This document shows, piece after piece, positions 39,092 to 52,459 of a stretch of DNA of 64,000 bases; position 1 is the first letter of the stretch, and every line of letters begins with the position of its first letter. The DNA is from Paramecium tetraurelia (lineage: Eukaryota). The notes beneath the pieces were generated by a model. It worked only from the letters and a program-made list of their open reading frames with translations, was not told the origin of the DNA and made no database searches. The DNA lies in the NCBI GenBank assembly GCA_000165425.1, contig CT867986.1, forward strand, positions 434,001 to 498,000, read 5' to 3'. The position numbers and the translations under genes are program-made.

Positions 39092-41100
39092 TCATTGATC
39101 TTCCAAGAACTTCTCTAATTTTGGTGGACAACACAAAGCAACTCCTTTTCCATTTTGTTTCTCCATTTCCTCATCCATTACGAAGACAATCAGTATTGCA
39201 TCACAAGCGACTCCATAGATTGACATGAATAATGATCCAACCACTAAACCTATGGCACCACATAAGAGTGCAGGTGCTTCTGGATAAGTAACATTATATT
39301 TGAACTTTTCAGTTCTAGTTATAATAAAATAGCAAAATAGACCAGTTAACAAGGCAATAAAACCTCTTCCCAAAGCAATAAATATTTCTCCAAATCCTCC
39401 AACTGTTGCGAATCTAAGAGGATTTCTTGCAATCAAGAAAACTGCTTCTTTGGCTGAATGGAAGAAACCTTTGCCTGTCATGTTACTAACTACATAGGCA
39501 TTTTTGTTGATATATTGAACACATTTCTCAAAACACCACATACAACACATCAAGCATTTAAATAAGTATTCAAAGAACTTGTTTTTCTTAATTAATTCTT
39601 CTTATTATTTATAAAGGAAAGCTAACCAAATTCTAATGAATTCAATTATAGCTAGAATTAATGATCCAAAAGCAACTGTTCCTAAATGATATCTAAAGAA
39701 TCTTCCAATAGCAGTTGGTAAAGGAATAGGACCGCCTTCTTATGCTCTTGGTCCTTATTAGAAATACCAAATGCAGACAGATCCAGCAATTATGAATTCA
39801 ACTGATGCTATGATAAAGGAAGAATTCCATAGTAAACCAAATAGGTGAAGGTTGGCAAATATTTTTTGATTTTAAGTAAATGAAAACTATCCAAAAGGTA
39901 ATTGTTTGGGCTTATTTGTAACTTCTCCAGAACTATATAAGTACAAAGCAACAACAAACCAATAGATGAAGTAAAGAAGCATAATGAAAAATGTTACAAA
40001 TGGAAGGATAACAACTGAAAAATTGGCTTAAACGTAGTCGCATGCAGTCTATAAATTATTATGTTAATTAATACTTCAAGTATAGCAATCGCAAGCCGAA
40101 TTCTCGAATACATACAGCAAACAACTAGTAATATCAATCCAGCTAAGGAAAATAATGTAATTCCAATATATAGATAGTTTTTAGGATTAACGTTATTTGC
40201 TTAAGCTTATTCTTACAGAGTTTGGGCATCAATTTCAGCCTAAGCTGAAGCTGGTAATTTTGAAGGATCAGTCAATGCATAGTAGTAACCAGTAGTGTAG
40301 ACTCCTCCAGCTATTAATACACTGAAAAGCAAAAAGAGCAGTGTCCAAATAACACATCCAGCTAAAGTTTCGATAAGGAACAAAAATATAAATCCAAGTA
40401 CTAAAGAAATACCAATGGAACCAAATATAAGCCATTTGGTTGTGATCATATCATTCGATACTTTTTCCATAGTTTCAACGTCAATTTTATCTTTTACTGT
40501 TTCATAATATTATTTGGTTGTTGGCAAGCATACAGTTTTCATAACTTAAATAAATTTTATTTATGTACATAATTCAGTATTGTAAATTACTACAACCTCT
40601 TCTGGATTAGTACTCAACATATTTTATTTACAACTCTTAACAATGGAATTTGGTTAACACTTTAATTCGCTTGGTAATTTTGAGTTTGTCTTAGCTTCTT
40701 CCAGATGAGATATTTTAGTATGTCTGGCTGTTGGTGCAGGCTCGCTCTCCTCTTCTACAGACTAGATTATAAAACTTACATGGACATTCAGATACACAGG
40801 TTGTCACATAAAGATACTTTGGATTTGTTGGGTTAGCAAAATAAATGTAGGGATAATCAGCTACATCTTCATCAACTCCGCACGCCCGATCTTAATATTA
40901 ATTGAAATTTTACGATCAGGATCATACGGTTAGGCGATTCTATGGGGATCCCCGTTTTTGAAAGCATAGCCACTTATGTAGAACATGCCAAAAGTGAAGA
41001 CAATAAAAAGCAATAAACAAAAAATATCAGTGCATTCTCTTTCTACGACTGGACCATTTCTTAATTTTGGATCTGTTCCTTCGCCTTTCTCACTAGACAT
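39092..41100 (-). CDS. Choline transporter-like protein (CTL/SLC44 family)
   Basis: GPVVERECTDIFCLLLF, multiple TM helices, RYHLGTVAFGS, CCMWCFEKCVQYINKNAY, DAILIVFVMDEE. Confidence 0.93.
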
Positions 41101-41141
41101 TAAATCTTTATTTGCAAATAAAAAAATATATAAATATAAAA

Positions 41142-42338
41142 ATGCTATTTATTTAAGAAGAGGAGGAAGAGTTTGTAGATGATATTAACGAAAACAGTCA
41201 CATTCATCAATAGTTTTGGACTACCAATGCAATTAATATACTAGGAGTTTAAAATTAGAACCCACCTGCTGTTGATCCTCCCGATCAAAATTCTTAAAGG
41301 AAAAAAAGACTTAAAGAGTTTTCTAACTCGCTAATCAAAGAAAATCCAAAATATATTGCTGATAATTTATATGCAATTTAAATAGTCCAAGTCTTAACTA
41401 ATGCTGGACTATGCAAAATCTCAAATTTTGTGAATGGTCATTACTAGGCTTAGTTAGAATAAATTATCAAATATGATAAACACATTTAAGATTCAAGATA
41501 GGATTCATCACTTTACAAACAAATCTTTTTTATCAATGTAAACCCTGTGCAGATCAGTTTCTAAGATGGATGCTTAGTGTTTAAATAAAGTATTTTTTCA
41601 TTTTATTTACTAGATCCTCCCACACTAGATATTAATCCAAGCCTCAAAAAAAAATATCAATATCTATTCGAGGTCATCAATCTGACTATGAGACTTTTGG
41701 ACACTTATTTCAAGAAGGATTTTTAAAGCATAATTGATCATTACATTAACATGAAAGAAAACAAATATTCTAATAATAGAATTATAGAATTCTTATAAAA
41801 CGAAATCGAAAAAAATGCTGAAAATTATACTTATGTATCCAAATGGTTAGAGATAAAATCCAAAATTAAGCCTGTTTTAGTTATCTATAAATAAATCAAA
41901 ATTTTAGAAAAAAAAGATGAACTTTGTGGTAGAAAATCTTTAAAGGTTCTCTCCAAACACATTAAAAAAATTGATAAATTGTAGAAACGCTTGTATTAAG
42001 AATAGATTCTTTCTCCTCTAGAATTTTTATTGACAAATCTATTCGATATTTTTGATTCAATTCTAAAATTCTATGAAGAAAATTATGAAAAAGATGTCTA
42101 ATTTAAACCATAAGTAGTATCTAAAAAAAATGAAAAACATAAACAAAAATAACTAAAACCACAAATCTAAGAAGCTTCTGTATAAGAGTGCGAATAGGAA
42201 TAATTTCAGTATTATTTTTAGAAAAAATAACTTAAATAACAAGAACACATTGTTGAGTAATTTGATTGTCAATTGGATGTTTTAAGTGGCCAATCTTAAT
42301 CCCCTAGAAAAAAAGTTAAAGATCAAAAATCGGAATGA
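41142..42338 (+). CDS. Hypothetical protein
   Basis: Code-6 ORF MLFIQEEEEEF...DQKSE* with at least one tiny intron. Confidence 0.45.
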
Positions 42339-42385
42339 CTATTTTATATAAAATATATAAACATAAATCTATATATTATTCATAA

Positions 42386-43022
42386 ATGTTAGATTCCGTA
42401 TTAACCAGGCATTTTAAATTTAATGATCATAAATACGATACGAAAAAACAAACCATGTACTTTACAAAAAGAAGAAATTCCCATAACAATTCATTTGATT
42501 TATAATCCAGTAGAGATTAATCTTATGGATACTTCAATCAACAACTAAAATATGTACATTATATATTATGCCAAGTGTGCAGTTGATTATTATGATGTTG
42601 CGATGCCCAAATACTCTTAGAAAGGTTATTCAACTCCTGTAAGAAAACTCAAACAATCTCCTAAAAGGATTAATTCATATCATTTCCATTCACATCCAAA
42701 ACCAACTTGTCAAACTCTTAAATTTGAAGGCTATATTTCCAGAGAATCCCCCTTCAGAAACTGGATAGGAAACATGAAGGCGTAGTCAGCATCCAGAGTA
42801 TCTCAAATTTAACGAATTCATGTAAATTTCATATACATAATACAGAATTAAGTAAAAATTATAGAAAAAAACCAAAAAAGCGAATCATATCAACTTTAAG
42901 AATATTTGAATGCAGTTAATGATAGGATTTAATGGAACTCACTTCCTAAGGTCTTCAATTATCAAAGATGTTAAACCCCAGACATTTTAAAAGGAGCTAG
43001 AGAACGAGCAAAAAGATTTTGA
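42386..43022 (+). CDS. Hypothetical basic low-complexity protein
   Basis: Code-6 ORF with S/P/K-rich composition; no domain recognised. Confidence 0.35.
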
Positions 43023-43287
43023 TAATAGGTAATCATTGATTTGTTTATAAATTTCATTTTCATATTTGATAAATAAATTAACAGTTTTTATCTACGATTT
43101 GGTAAAAATTCTCTTTGGATGTGAAATTTTATAAATCCTATAAAATTTACTTTATATTTAATTAATTTATTTGAATTGTTCAATAATTTATTTGAATCTA
43201 TTATATAAGAATTTCTTTTAATTTCTATTACTTTTATAATCCTGTTGATATTAATAATAATATAAGATTTTCTATAAAATATATTCA

Positions 43288-44009
43288 ATGATGGATATCC
43301 GAATGTAATTTAGAAATAAAAAAGGTAAGGCTTTATGAATATTAGTATTTAGCTAATGCAGATCTATAGAATAAAAAGTAAAATTTTCATTTAGGTGTTG
43401 AAATCAATCTTTAGGTAAATATTGATTAATAATTACAGAGATAGGGTTATTTTGAATAACTTTTATCTAAAGTTTATTTTGATATAATGGCAGAAGATTT
43501 TTAATATAAGGTATATCCTGTTACGACGGATTGCGAAGTAATTTTCTAATGTTGGACATTTGAATTTATGGGTTAAAAAAATTTTGAGGGTAGATCTATT
43601 AAAGGTATTGGTAGTATTTGGTAATAACAGGTGTTTTAAAGTTCCAACCAGATTATCCAAAGGGTGGTCCAAGTTTCTATTTGGATCCAGTAATTACAGA
43701 CAAAGGAGCTGAAGTACTAACGCATCCATGCATTTATGGAGGTATGATAAGATTAAATATCTCATAGATCATTATTTGTGTGTTCATTTATTTACATTTT
43801 GGGGGCAAATGAAATGTAAAATAGATGATGAAAGTAGAATAAGAGAAATTGAAATTTTATAAGCTATTGAATACATTTTTAATAACCCTAACATCCTAGA
43901 AGGTGATTCATGCCCAAATCCATCGTTTGCATCAGAAAGCCCTGAAAGATAATAAGAAATCCAAAAAAGGCAGGCTGAGTTCTTACCATTTTTCAATAAA
44001 GATACTTGA
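43288..44009 (+). CDS. Divergent ubiquitin/Ubl-conjugating enzyme (E2, UBC fold)
   Basis: After four tiny introns: WTFEFMG..FEG..LKFQPDYPKGGP..HPCIYG|DHYLCVHL..ILQAIEYIFNNPN. Confidence 0.7.
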
Positions 44010-44463
44010 TATTTATATTAATGGTTCTTATTTAATAATGATAAATTTGAAAATATTTAGATAATCTTTACCTAAATTTGGTTAATACCTAAAAGTGATA
44101 TAATGGAAAGCAAGCCTATAATTATTTCTTAAAATTTTTTATGACAGTCATGGAGAAATCGAATTAATTTAAAAAAAATCGATTATTTGACTTATATTGA
44201 TATTTATATAATTTATGAGCATAGTTTAAATTAATTATCATAATCTGCTAAAAACAATTTATTATACATTTTATTTATTGAATTACTACAGATTAATTTT
44301 TTCCAAAATCATATTGAGTATCTAAATTGTTTACCTCTCAATAATAAATTTAATGAAATCAGTTAAACTTTAATTAGATTATCACAAACTAGATCTGTGC
44401 CAAATAACTAGATTTTTTTTAAAGTCGTTTTAAATTATTATAATTATAAATTAATTACAAAAT

Positions 44464-44473
44464 AAAAAAAAAA
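44464..44473 (-). terminator. RNA polymerase III oligo-T terminator
   Basis: Run of about 10 T on the minus strand immediately 3' of tRNA-Tyr. Confidence 0.7.
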
Positions 44474-44474
44474 C

Positions 44475-44560
44475 TCCGAAAAGGCGGATTTGAACCACCG
44501 ACCTGGGGATAACTGGATTAACACTACAGTCCCTCGCTCTACCAACTGAGCTATTTTCGG
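44475..44560 (-). tRNA. tRNA-Tyr(GUA) with 13-nt intron (44511-44523)
   Basis: CCGAAAA/TTTTCGG acceptor stem, TAGCTCAGTTGGTAGAGC D arm, CT-GTA-G then intron at 37/38, GGTTCAAATCC T loop. Confidence 0.96.
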
Positions 44561-44899
44561 ATGTTAAATAATCTGAGATTATCTATTTTATATATGATTG
44601 GATAATCGATTATTTTCTAATATAATTCATATTACAATTACTAATAATAAATATAATTTTACTTATAATAAAGTTCATCTTACAAATCAATAAATAGAAA
44701 GACCCTTCCAATAATGATACTAAAGAGTAATATTAATTAAAATTATAATCCATTTGTTTTAATATTAATTATCATTTATTAATTTCATAGTAAAAGTAAC
44801 AAATTTCTTATTCTAACACAATTATTAATTCTTAGCTAAATAGAAATAGCACAATCTCTAAATAATAAGAATAAACCATGCAACTTAAAAAATATTATT

Positions 44900-45333
44900 T
44901 CAAATAAATAATTAATCAATTAAGTCTTTCATTTCAATAATCTATGTTTTCAATTAAGAGCCTTCACTTTATACAATTGATGCAGCAACAACAGGTCTGC
45001 TAATACCACAAGCTCGACCTAAACTTGCCTAGGTTGAGACAAAACAATATGAGACATTCTAATTTATATTCCTTAATTACCTTCTCTTCGCATTTAATTG
45101 GTATATTTGCTACTATTTCTATAGGATCACAATCAGCTGCCAAAATCACCAATTCGCATATTCCTTTATCAAGACTAGTTAAATGTAGGATGATACTTTT
45201 TTAAGACCTCATTAGCTCCTTTTTTTAATTGCTTATAATTTAATGCCTAACGAAGAAGATCTAATATTTTAGTCTATAATTTTGCATCAGCAATAGGAGA
45301 TGGCTTAATTCTGGGTGCTTCTACCTTCTACAT
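44900..45333 (-). CDS. SNU13: SNU13/15.5K (L7Ae family; U4 snRNP and box C/D snoRNP protein)
   Basis: PIADAKLQTKILDL..NYKQLKKGANE..ILAADCDPIEI..CEEK|NVSYCFV..LGRACGISRPVVAASI..EGSQL. Confidence 0.93.
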
Positions 45334-45360
45334 ATAAAAATAATTTAGTATTAAAATAAT

Positions 45361-47648
45361 TCATAATTAAAATAATTCAAATTAGTGAATTTCAGAAAGT
45401 TTAGAATGTTCACTAAATTTAGTAGTAAACCTTAGTAAATATTCTAATGTCCATTAATCAAATCTTTATTTTAAATAGTTTATAGATGATGGCATTAAAG
45501 TAATCTAACAGGTTGATTCACCCTAGTCTATACTTTCTAAATCCTTATAAAAAAATGATTCTTATTTTATTGAACTTTGTTGTTCTTAGAGAATCTCACA
45601 TTAGAAGGAATAGTCTTCAACAATTTGGATAAATATCTCTTAAATCGATTGATCTCTCAATTAATTCACTACATTAATCTGGAAATTTAATTTGAGTAAA
45701 ATTATTAAAATTTCTTCCTTTTTTAATAAATTATCATTTAATATATATTCACTTTTAATTGATAATGATTAAATATATACTTGTAGTAGGCTTCTGCTAT
45801 CTGCCTAATTTATGAATTTTCTCTGCGGCTTTCTTTTTCAGTGATAGTATTAGATTATATGCATAGTTTTGGAGCATTCATTTCGTTATTGCAGTCATAT
45901 CTACTCCAATTAACAGGCTATAATCCTTTAGTTTCCTCATGGGAATCAATTGAACTGTCTAAATATTCGATATGATCATTATCTCCTTCCTTAAGTAAAG
46001 GTGCATCCTAGATTGAAAAATAGTCTTTTCTCTATCTACTCATCGTAAACTAATTAGGTAAATTAATTTTCATAAACGAAGCATTCAATTACTTTGTTAA
46101 ATTTAAACAACAAGCATGTTTGCTTTTTCGTTCTTACAATTATTCTCCGGATTAATTTAACGTATTTCCAGACTTTTAAAAATATTCAACAAAAATATGT
46201 CTATTGTGTTTTACAATAAGTTTCCATAAACAACAATAAGTTATAGGTTTGCATCTGATATAATATTAACAATATCGTAAAAGGGAAAAACACATTTAGA
46301 CTTGATTTGATTGCATGCAAATATCAAAAACGCTAAACTTTTCTTTACCTGTAACTTAAGTAATATCAAAAGGATGCGAACATCTATCACAAATTTCAAG
46401 TTATCCTTTATATTCTAATGCAAATTAAACCGCTTAAATATAACCACATTTCACTCCTATATGTAATGGACTGAGCCCTTATTTATTTAATATAAGAGGG
46501 CATGCACTATTAAATATACAAAGACAATACCCTTATTATAGAAGAAGAGCAGCATATTTTTCAGGAAATTAAAAAGTTGGCCACTTGTTGATCAAATAAT
46601 GTAAGGCTGTATTTCCTTCTTTGTCCTATTCATTTGGATCTGTTCCATGTTATAAAAATCCTTGCATCAAATTTATTTGTTATTTAATCAGAGATATTAT
46701 CACTAAATTTTGCTAGAATAAAGATATTTTTACTGAATTTAGATTAACGTTTAAAGATAATAAACATTTAACACTTTGATATTTATCTGAAAACAACGCT
46801 AGTTAGATTGGAGATTGTTTCTGGTTATTTAATGAATTTTTATCAATAACACTACTACAACCCAAAATAACCCCTAAATGTTGTTTTAGAGCTGCCTAAT
46901 GTAGAATTGTGTTTCCATTCTAATCAGAATTTTTATAATTAAACTATTCGCCTAAGAAATGTTTTATCATATTCTAGAATGTTGCTTGATTCTCTTTCGA
47001 CATCCAATTCTGAAATTATTACAATTAATTCCCTTTGATTCTTTCGCTCCATCCCAAATAAATTACCCAGTCAATACTGAACTCTTTTAATTCAGATAAA
47101 TATTTTAATTCATAGATTGGGTTTCCTGAAAGTAGCAAAATTTAGATTGAATTTTACAGATTCTATGGGAATTAGTGTATCTGATTATATTCAATATTTA
47201 ATTAAATTAGTTCATCTGGCATTTAAGGCAAAGTACTGAGATTATTATGTGAGATGTATAAATTCTATAATTGGGGATGAAATTTGTTAAACTAAAATCA
47301 AATCATAAACATTACATTTAAAGGTAAAATTTTAACATAATTATTTGATATGTCTAATATTCTTAAATTTTATAATATCTTAAATTCATTGCCATATTAT
47401 TGTATGCAATTATGAGACAAATCTAATTTAATGATCCATATATTATTGATTTTTTCTTATTTTATCTCCATTAAACCTTAGTTGCTTAAGTCGAGTTCTT
47501 CAATCCTTTTGCAGAATTACAGTTGTCTTTTATTATATTGAGGAGGACTTAATATGACCTCTAATTCATTCTTATTTTAATTCAAATGCTATTTCTTTAA
47601 CGGATTTTCCATAAAAATTGCTAACTTCGTGCTATTGATCTCACTCAT
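45361..47648 (-). CDS. Ankyrin-repeat protein
   Basis: DGNTILHQAA, NNQKQSPIQLA, DKEGNTALHYL, NKQGLSPLHIG repeats. Confidence 0.75.
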
Positions 47649-48754
47649 AAAATATTATATTTTAAATAATAAATGATAATAAATTACTCTGCTTCCTTAG
47701 GGCAATTATTCATTTAAATTAACCTTAGCTTCATACAAAAGCCAATTCATAATAAATTATGTTTTAAAAGTTTAAAAGAATAGTAAATTTCCAATGTCAA
47801 AATGTGCCTTTGAAAATAAATTAATTCTGGAGGATAGCTTTATTAATTTGATTTTTCTATTAAAAATTGAACTCTCTTGGATACTTTTAGAATCAAAAGA
47901 AAATCCAGAGAAAGTTTAATCGAAGTTGTAATAAATATAAAATAAAAAGTTAAATAAACATCTCTATTGATTTAACATATGTGATATTTATTTTTGGTAA
48001 TTACTCTAATTTAAAATCTTTTCAAATTTTAATTATTGTATGGTAATAAAATGGCATATAAAAGGTCAATAAATTTATAGGATCCAAGAATAAGTATAAT
48101 ATAATTAATTTAAACTAAGGCGAGAAGAATTATTAAATTAGTATTTTGAGAAACATATATTGATAATAGATTATAATTATTCATTTTATATAGATATATT
48201 TTATTATGTATAGTTGATATGAGATGATTGAAATCAATATTTTTAAAGAACCATTTTTAATAAAAAGCTTTTAATATAATTCATAAAACTTTGTAATTTA
48301 GAAAGAATATAAAATAATAATAGGTACTCTCTAACTAAATAAGCTTAGCGAAGATTTTTTCGTTTGATTCAAATAATTTAATGGTTATTAAATTTATCTA
48401 ATAAAGTAGTGAAAATATTATTAATAATTATTATTATAAATAAAGGAGTTCTATGAGCATAACCTATATTGAATTCTAAGTTTTGGATTCTATATGAATA
48501 AACTGTGGAGAATTTAAAATCCAAATTATTCTCCTTTAAAATATCTCTCAAATGTTATATAATTTTTAGAGCTTGATAACTATAAATTTTAACAGAAATG
48601 CAATTTTTAACTATTTTAGCTTTTTTTTCCTCCTAGCTGTGTCGAAAGAGTTCTTTTTTTCATAATTTTTATTATTTATGAGAAAGAGTTGAATGAAATA
48701 TATTCAAATAATTTATATATTCTTTTTGTAATAAATTGGTTTTCCCACTTTTTA

Positions 48755-49399
48755 TCAAGATATTGAATTTTGTCTTTTGGATGATCCTGAATCTGAGGGT
48801 GATCGTCTAGGACTAATACTTCGCTTTTTTTGTCTTCCATCTCTTCTTGGACTTCTGCTGTGTCTCTTTCTTCTGTTTTGATATCTTCTTCTTCTAGATC
48901 TAGATGATGAGTGTGACGAGTATGATCTGGAATCAGATCTTCTATGACGCCTCCTAATTTAAATAGCATTGCATACTTTGAACGTGAATTGGATCTTCTT
49001 CGACTTCTTCTTGGTGATCTTCCATTTGGACCAATTAACGAGCCCTAAAGAATATACCGAATTTACTTACCAATGGCCACCTTTACTGCATTTGAAACAT
49101 TTATCTTCGTCATTTGGCCCGCTCTTTCTTCCCTTCCTGTTGTCAACAACATCGACTTTTAATTTCTATCCATTATAGGTTTGGCCATTGGTAGCCTTCA
49201 AGGCATCCAATGCTTCTTGCTCACTACTAAAAGTCTTAAATTTGAATCAACTTCATACTACAAAAGAGTAAGATCCCTTATATGCCACTTCTTTAATCGT
49301 TCCATACTTTTTGAAGATATCCTTTACATCCTTATCGCCAGATACTTTGCTACGACTGTACCCTGCGACAAACAGCTGATTCGGGACTATATCACCCAT
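48755..49399 (-). CDS. SR splicing factor, RRM + CCHC zinc knuckle + RS domain (9G8/SRSF7/RSZ-like)
   Basis: LFVAGY, KGSYSFV|TF RRM; CFKCSKGGHW(AR.C) knuckle; RS-rich tail; two apparent extra bases near 49030-49038. Confidence 0.88.
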
Positions 49400-49463
49400 T
49401 TAATTAAATTTATGAACTAAAAATCCTGATTAAAAATTGAACTATATTTATTAATTTATTTCA

Positions 49464-50099
49464 ATGAATAAGGAACAATTAAAAATTTGTTTAGAAAGCA
49501 TTGATGAATACGTGAGAGGGTAAAAGAGATTAGAAAGAAAAAATAAGATATTGGCTTAATCTAATAAATTGAAAACAATTCAAAACTAAAAAAATTCAAC
49601 TAAAATTTAAGAAGAAAATATTACAACTAAAGTAAAAAAATAAGTTAAAAAAAGTGAAAAAGAGAATCAAAAAAAAATATAACCAGAAATTTAACAGCAA
49701 GTACAGAAAGTTATCAAACAAAAATCAAAGATTCAACAATTTTTAGAGGAAGGGCATGTTAAAATATTACCTTTCAATAATATTTGTGAATAAATTGAAA
49801 TGTTTTTTTAGTTTAAGAATAAGGTAATAGAAGAGAGTGCGTATAATTCAAATTAACCCTGTATTTATGAGCCTATTTGTAAAACAAAATCAGTGAAAGC
49901 AATTAAAACTAGAGCTAGCATTAGTCCAATTAGCACTAAATAAACTGTTTCTATCAGAAATAAACAAAACAAAAAAAATCCACTCGACTTTTTCTCCTTT
50001 AATAGCAAATTTAAAAAATTAACATTGTATTAAGAGGATATTTCAGAAACTTGCGAACTGGTGAATGGAATAAGAATATTATATCTAAATAAGTAGTGA
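49464..50099 (+). CDS. Hypothetical K/Q-rich protein
   Basis: Code-6 ORF MNKEQLKICLESIDEYVRG...; no domain. Confidence 0.4.
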
Positions 50100-52459
50100 T
50101 TCCATTATTTTTGATAAATTTATGAATTAAAATCTTAGATTGTTATTTGTTAAATCTAATATTTTTAATTGTATAATTCCTGTTGAAGCATATGGATAGA
50201 TTGTGTAAAATTCATATGACTATTGATTATTTTTAGTTCGTTTTATTTTTTTACTTGTTTTGTAGTATAATTCTATAATTTTAATAAAAAGAATTATGTT
50301 TTATCATTATTTAATGTTAATCATTCATTGTGTTTAGATTATACTTTCATCAATGAAACTGTAATTTAATTCCTCTGGATAGGAACTATATGTTGTTTCA
50401 ATGTCCTCTAGGCTAAAGTAAGTAGTTTCTAATTCCTTTTAATTTATCAGCTGTAATGCGTGTATTTAAGTGGTGCAATTTGATTCACTTAATTCCCTTT
50501 CAAATTGTGGGATGACAATTATTCGTTATTGATTATTCTTTTAAACTATGATAATAAGTATGAAATTTACTAAAATCTGTGAGTCCTCCTTCTTAAACTT
50601 AGGTAATTTCTTAATTTTATCTGTTAATTATTTATTATCTGGCCATTTCCCTTAAATAATGTCTAGCTTAATAAAAATGAATACTGGTGCACTTTGATAT
50701 AGATTGTTGAATTATCCATAACCAGGCTTTAATTTGATATTGGAGTGATTTTAGTACTCCAGACAAGAGATGTTAATGGAAGATATTTCTCCACAACATG
50801 TTATCTTAAGAATTGATTAATTTTTTCACACAACTTAGGCATTTAAATTAAAAATAATTATACTAAAATTCTCCTTATGAATAACTTATCTATTAAAGAA
50901 TTAGGTTTGCACCAGATTATGTTATCAGAAGGGTCATCAAATTAATTTCTGAATTAATAGATAATATCTTTCAATTCAAATAATACATAATCTCATAATG
51001 TTGATGTAAGTCTTTTAACATTTTATGATGATTGACAATGGTCACAAATTAAAAAGCTAATATCAGTTATTTTTTAATAAAATATCAAAAATAAGCATTA
51101 AATAAAAAGTAAATGACTGATTGCAGTTTTTCCAAGATTTTCTAATGTGGATGAAGTTAGCACTGTCTGCCAATCTATGCGTTGTAAGGATCCAGTTATT
51201 TACATATTTACGATGAGGTTTGCAGGATAAGTGAGAAATCAATTTAAACTGAAAATATATAAATAAATGTGCCTTGAATTATTTATTATATAAATCTTTT
51301 GATATTCATTTTAGTATTGATCTTCATTCGCTTTAAGAACTTCTTAATGAATCAAAAAAATCATTAAAATTTAAATTATTTATATTTTATGTCAGAAATA
51401 GAGGAAATAAATTTAGAGTAAAGTACTCCAAAGAATAGATAATCCAGACAACAAACTAAAACAGGAAATACAAGAAAACCCATAAGGAAATTCAGAAGAT
51501 AGAATAATTCTTTTTAAAATCGAAATAGAGACAGAGATCGACCAAGATAAAAAGAATGGAAATAATAATAATAGAATAATGGAAATACTCCGGAATTATA
51601 CGAAATCGACATCTATAATTTTTTAGCTAAGAACTAGATTTCAGATCTAATTGTAATAGATTGGTTAATTTTAGAGCGATATAAAGTCAAGATGTGGTGA
51701 ATTAGTAAAACTTCATATTGTAGCAAATAACATATAAGAAAATGAGGCTGAGACGAGAGTATAATTTAATAATATAATCAGATTATTCTAAAAGCTTTTT
51801 TTAAGGATTAAAAATCTGCTGATGAATGTTATTTTTAATATAGTGATGCCACTCTAGATAAATTGCTTTTAAGGACAGAGCGTAAATATTGATGTAAAAT
51901 TAATATATATAAAAATAAGAGATTAATATCAATTATTCAAATCTATAAGTTAGCCGCTTATTCCTTAAGAAATAATAAATCCTCAATAAAATCAATTTAC
52001 TCCTCATAAAATTATTTCAATTCTTTGATAAGTAAATATTCGGAGGATTAGAAATCATTTACTTTTACATGATATCTTGATGTTCTAAGGCATCGGAAGA
52101 GTTCTCCTAAGAAATACCTGTATATCCTTTGACTACTCTATTCATTCTTTTGAAGACAGTTACAAAAAACTTATAATAATCTATCTTAGATACCTAAATA
52201 ACTCTCTGAAACAGGATTAATTACCGAAAATTATTTATCTATCAATTTATTATATTAAAACTAACAACAAAAAATATAAGAGGGATACAATATGGTTTGT
52301 AATCTAGTTGATGTCTTGTTTACTTGATAAGCCACTTTATATTTTGGTTTCCTTGGATATGATAATAAATGCTCTCAACTAAATCAGTATATAAATATTA
52401 TGTAAAGTTAACATTACATAATATCTCAATTTTTTACATTTAATATTTTTTTCAAATTT

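Noticed and set aside
28302..44560. PAH and tRNA-Tyr as a tyrosine-related cluster
   Set aside because: About 15 kb apart with unrelated genes between; no evidence of linkage.
50110..52330. Possible hypothetical genes (minus strand ~50110-51200, plus strand from 51389)
   Set aside because: Coding-like composition, but I could not build consistent exon models.
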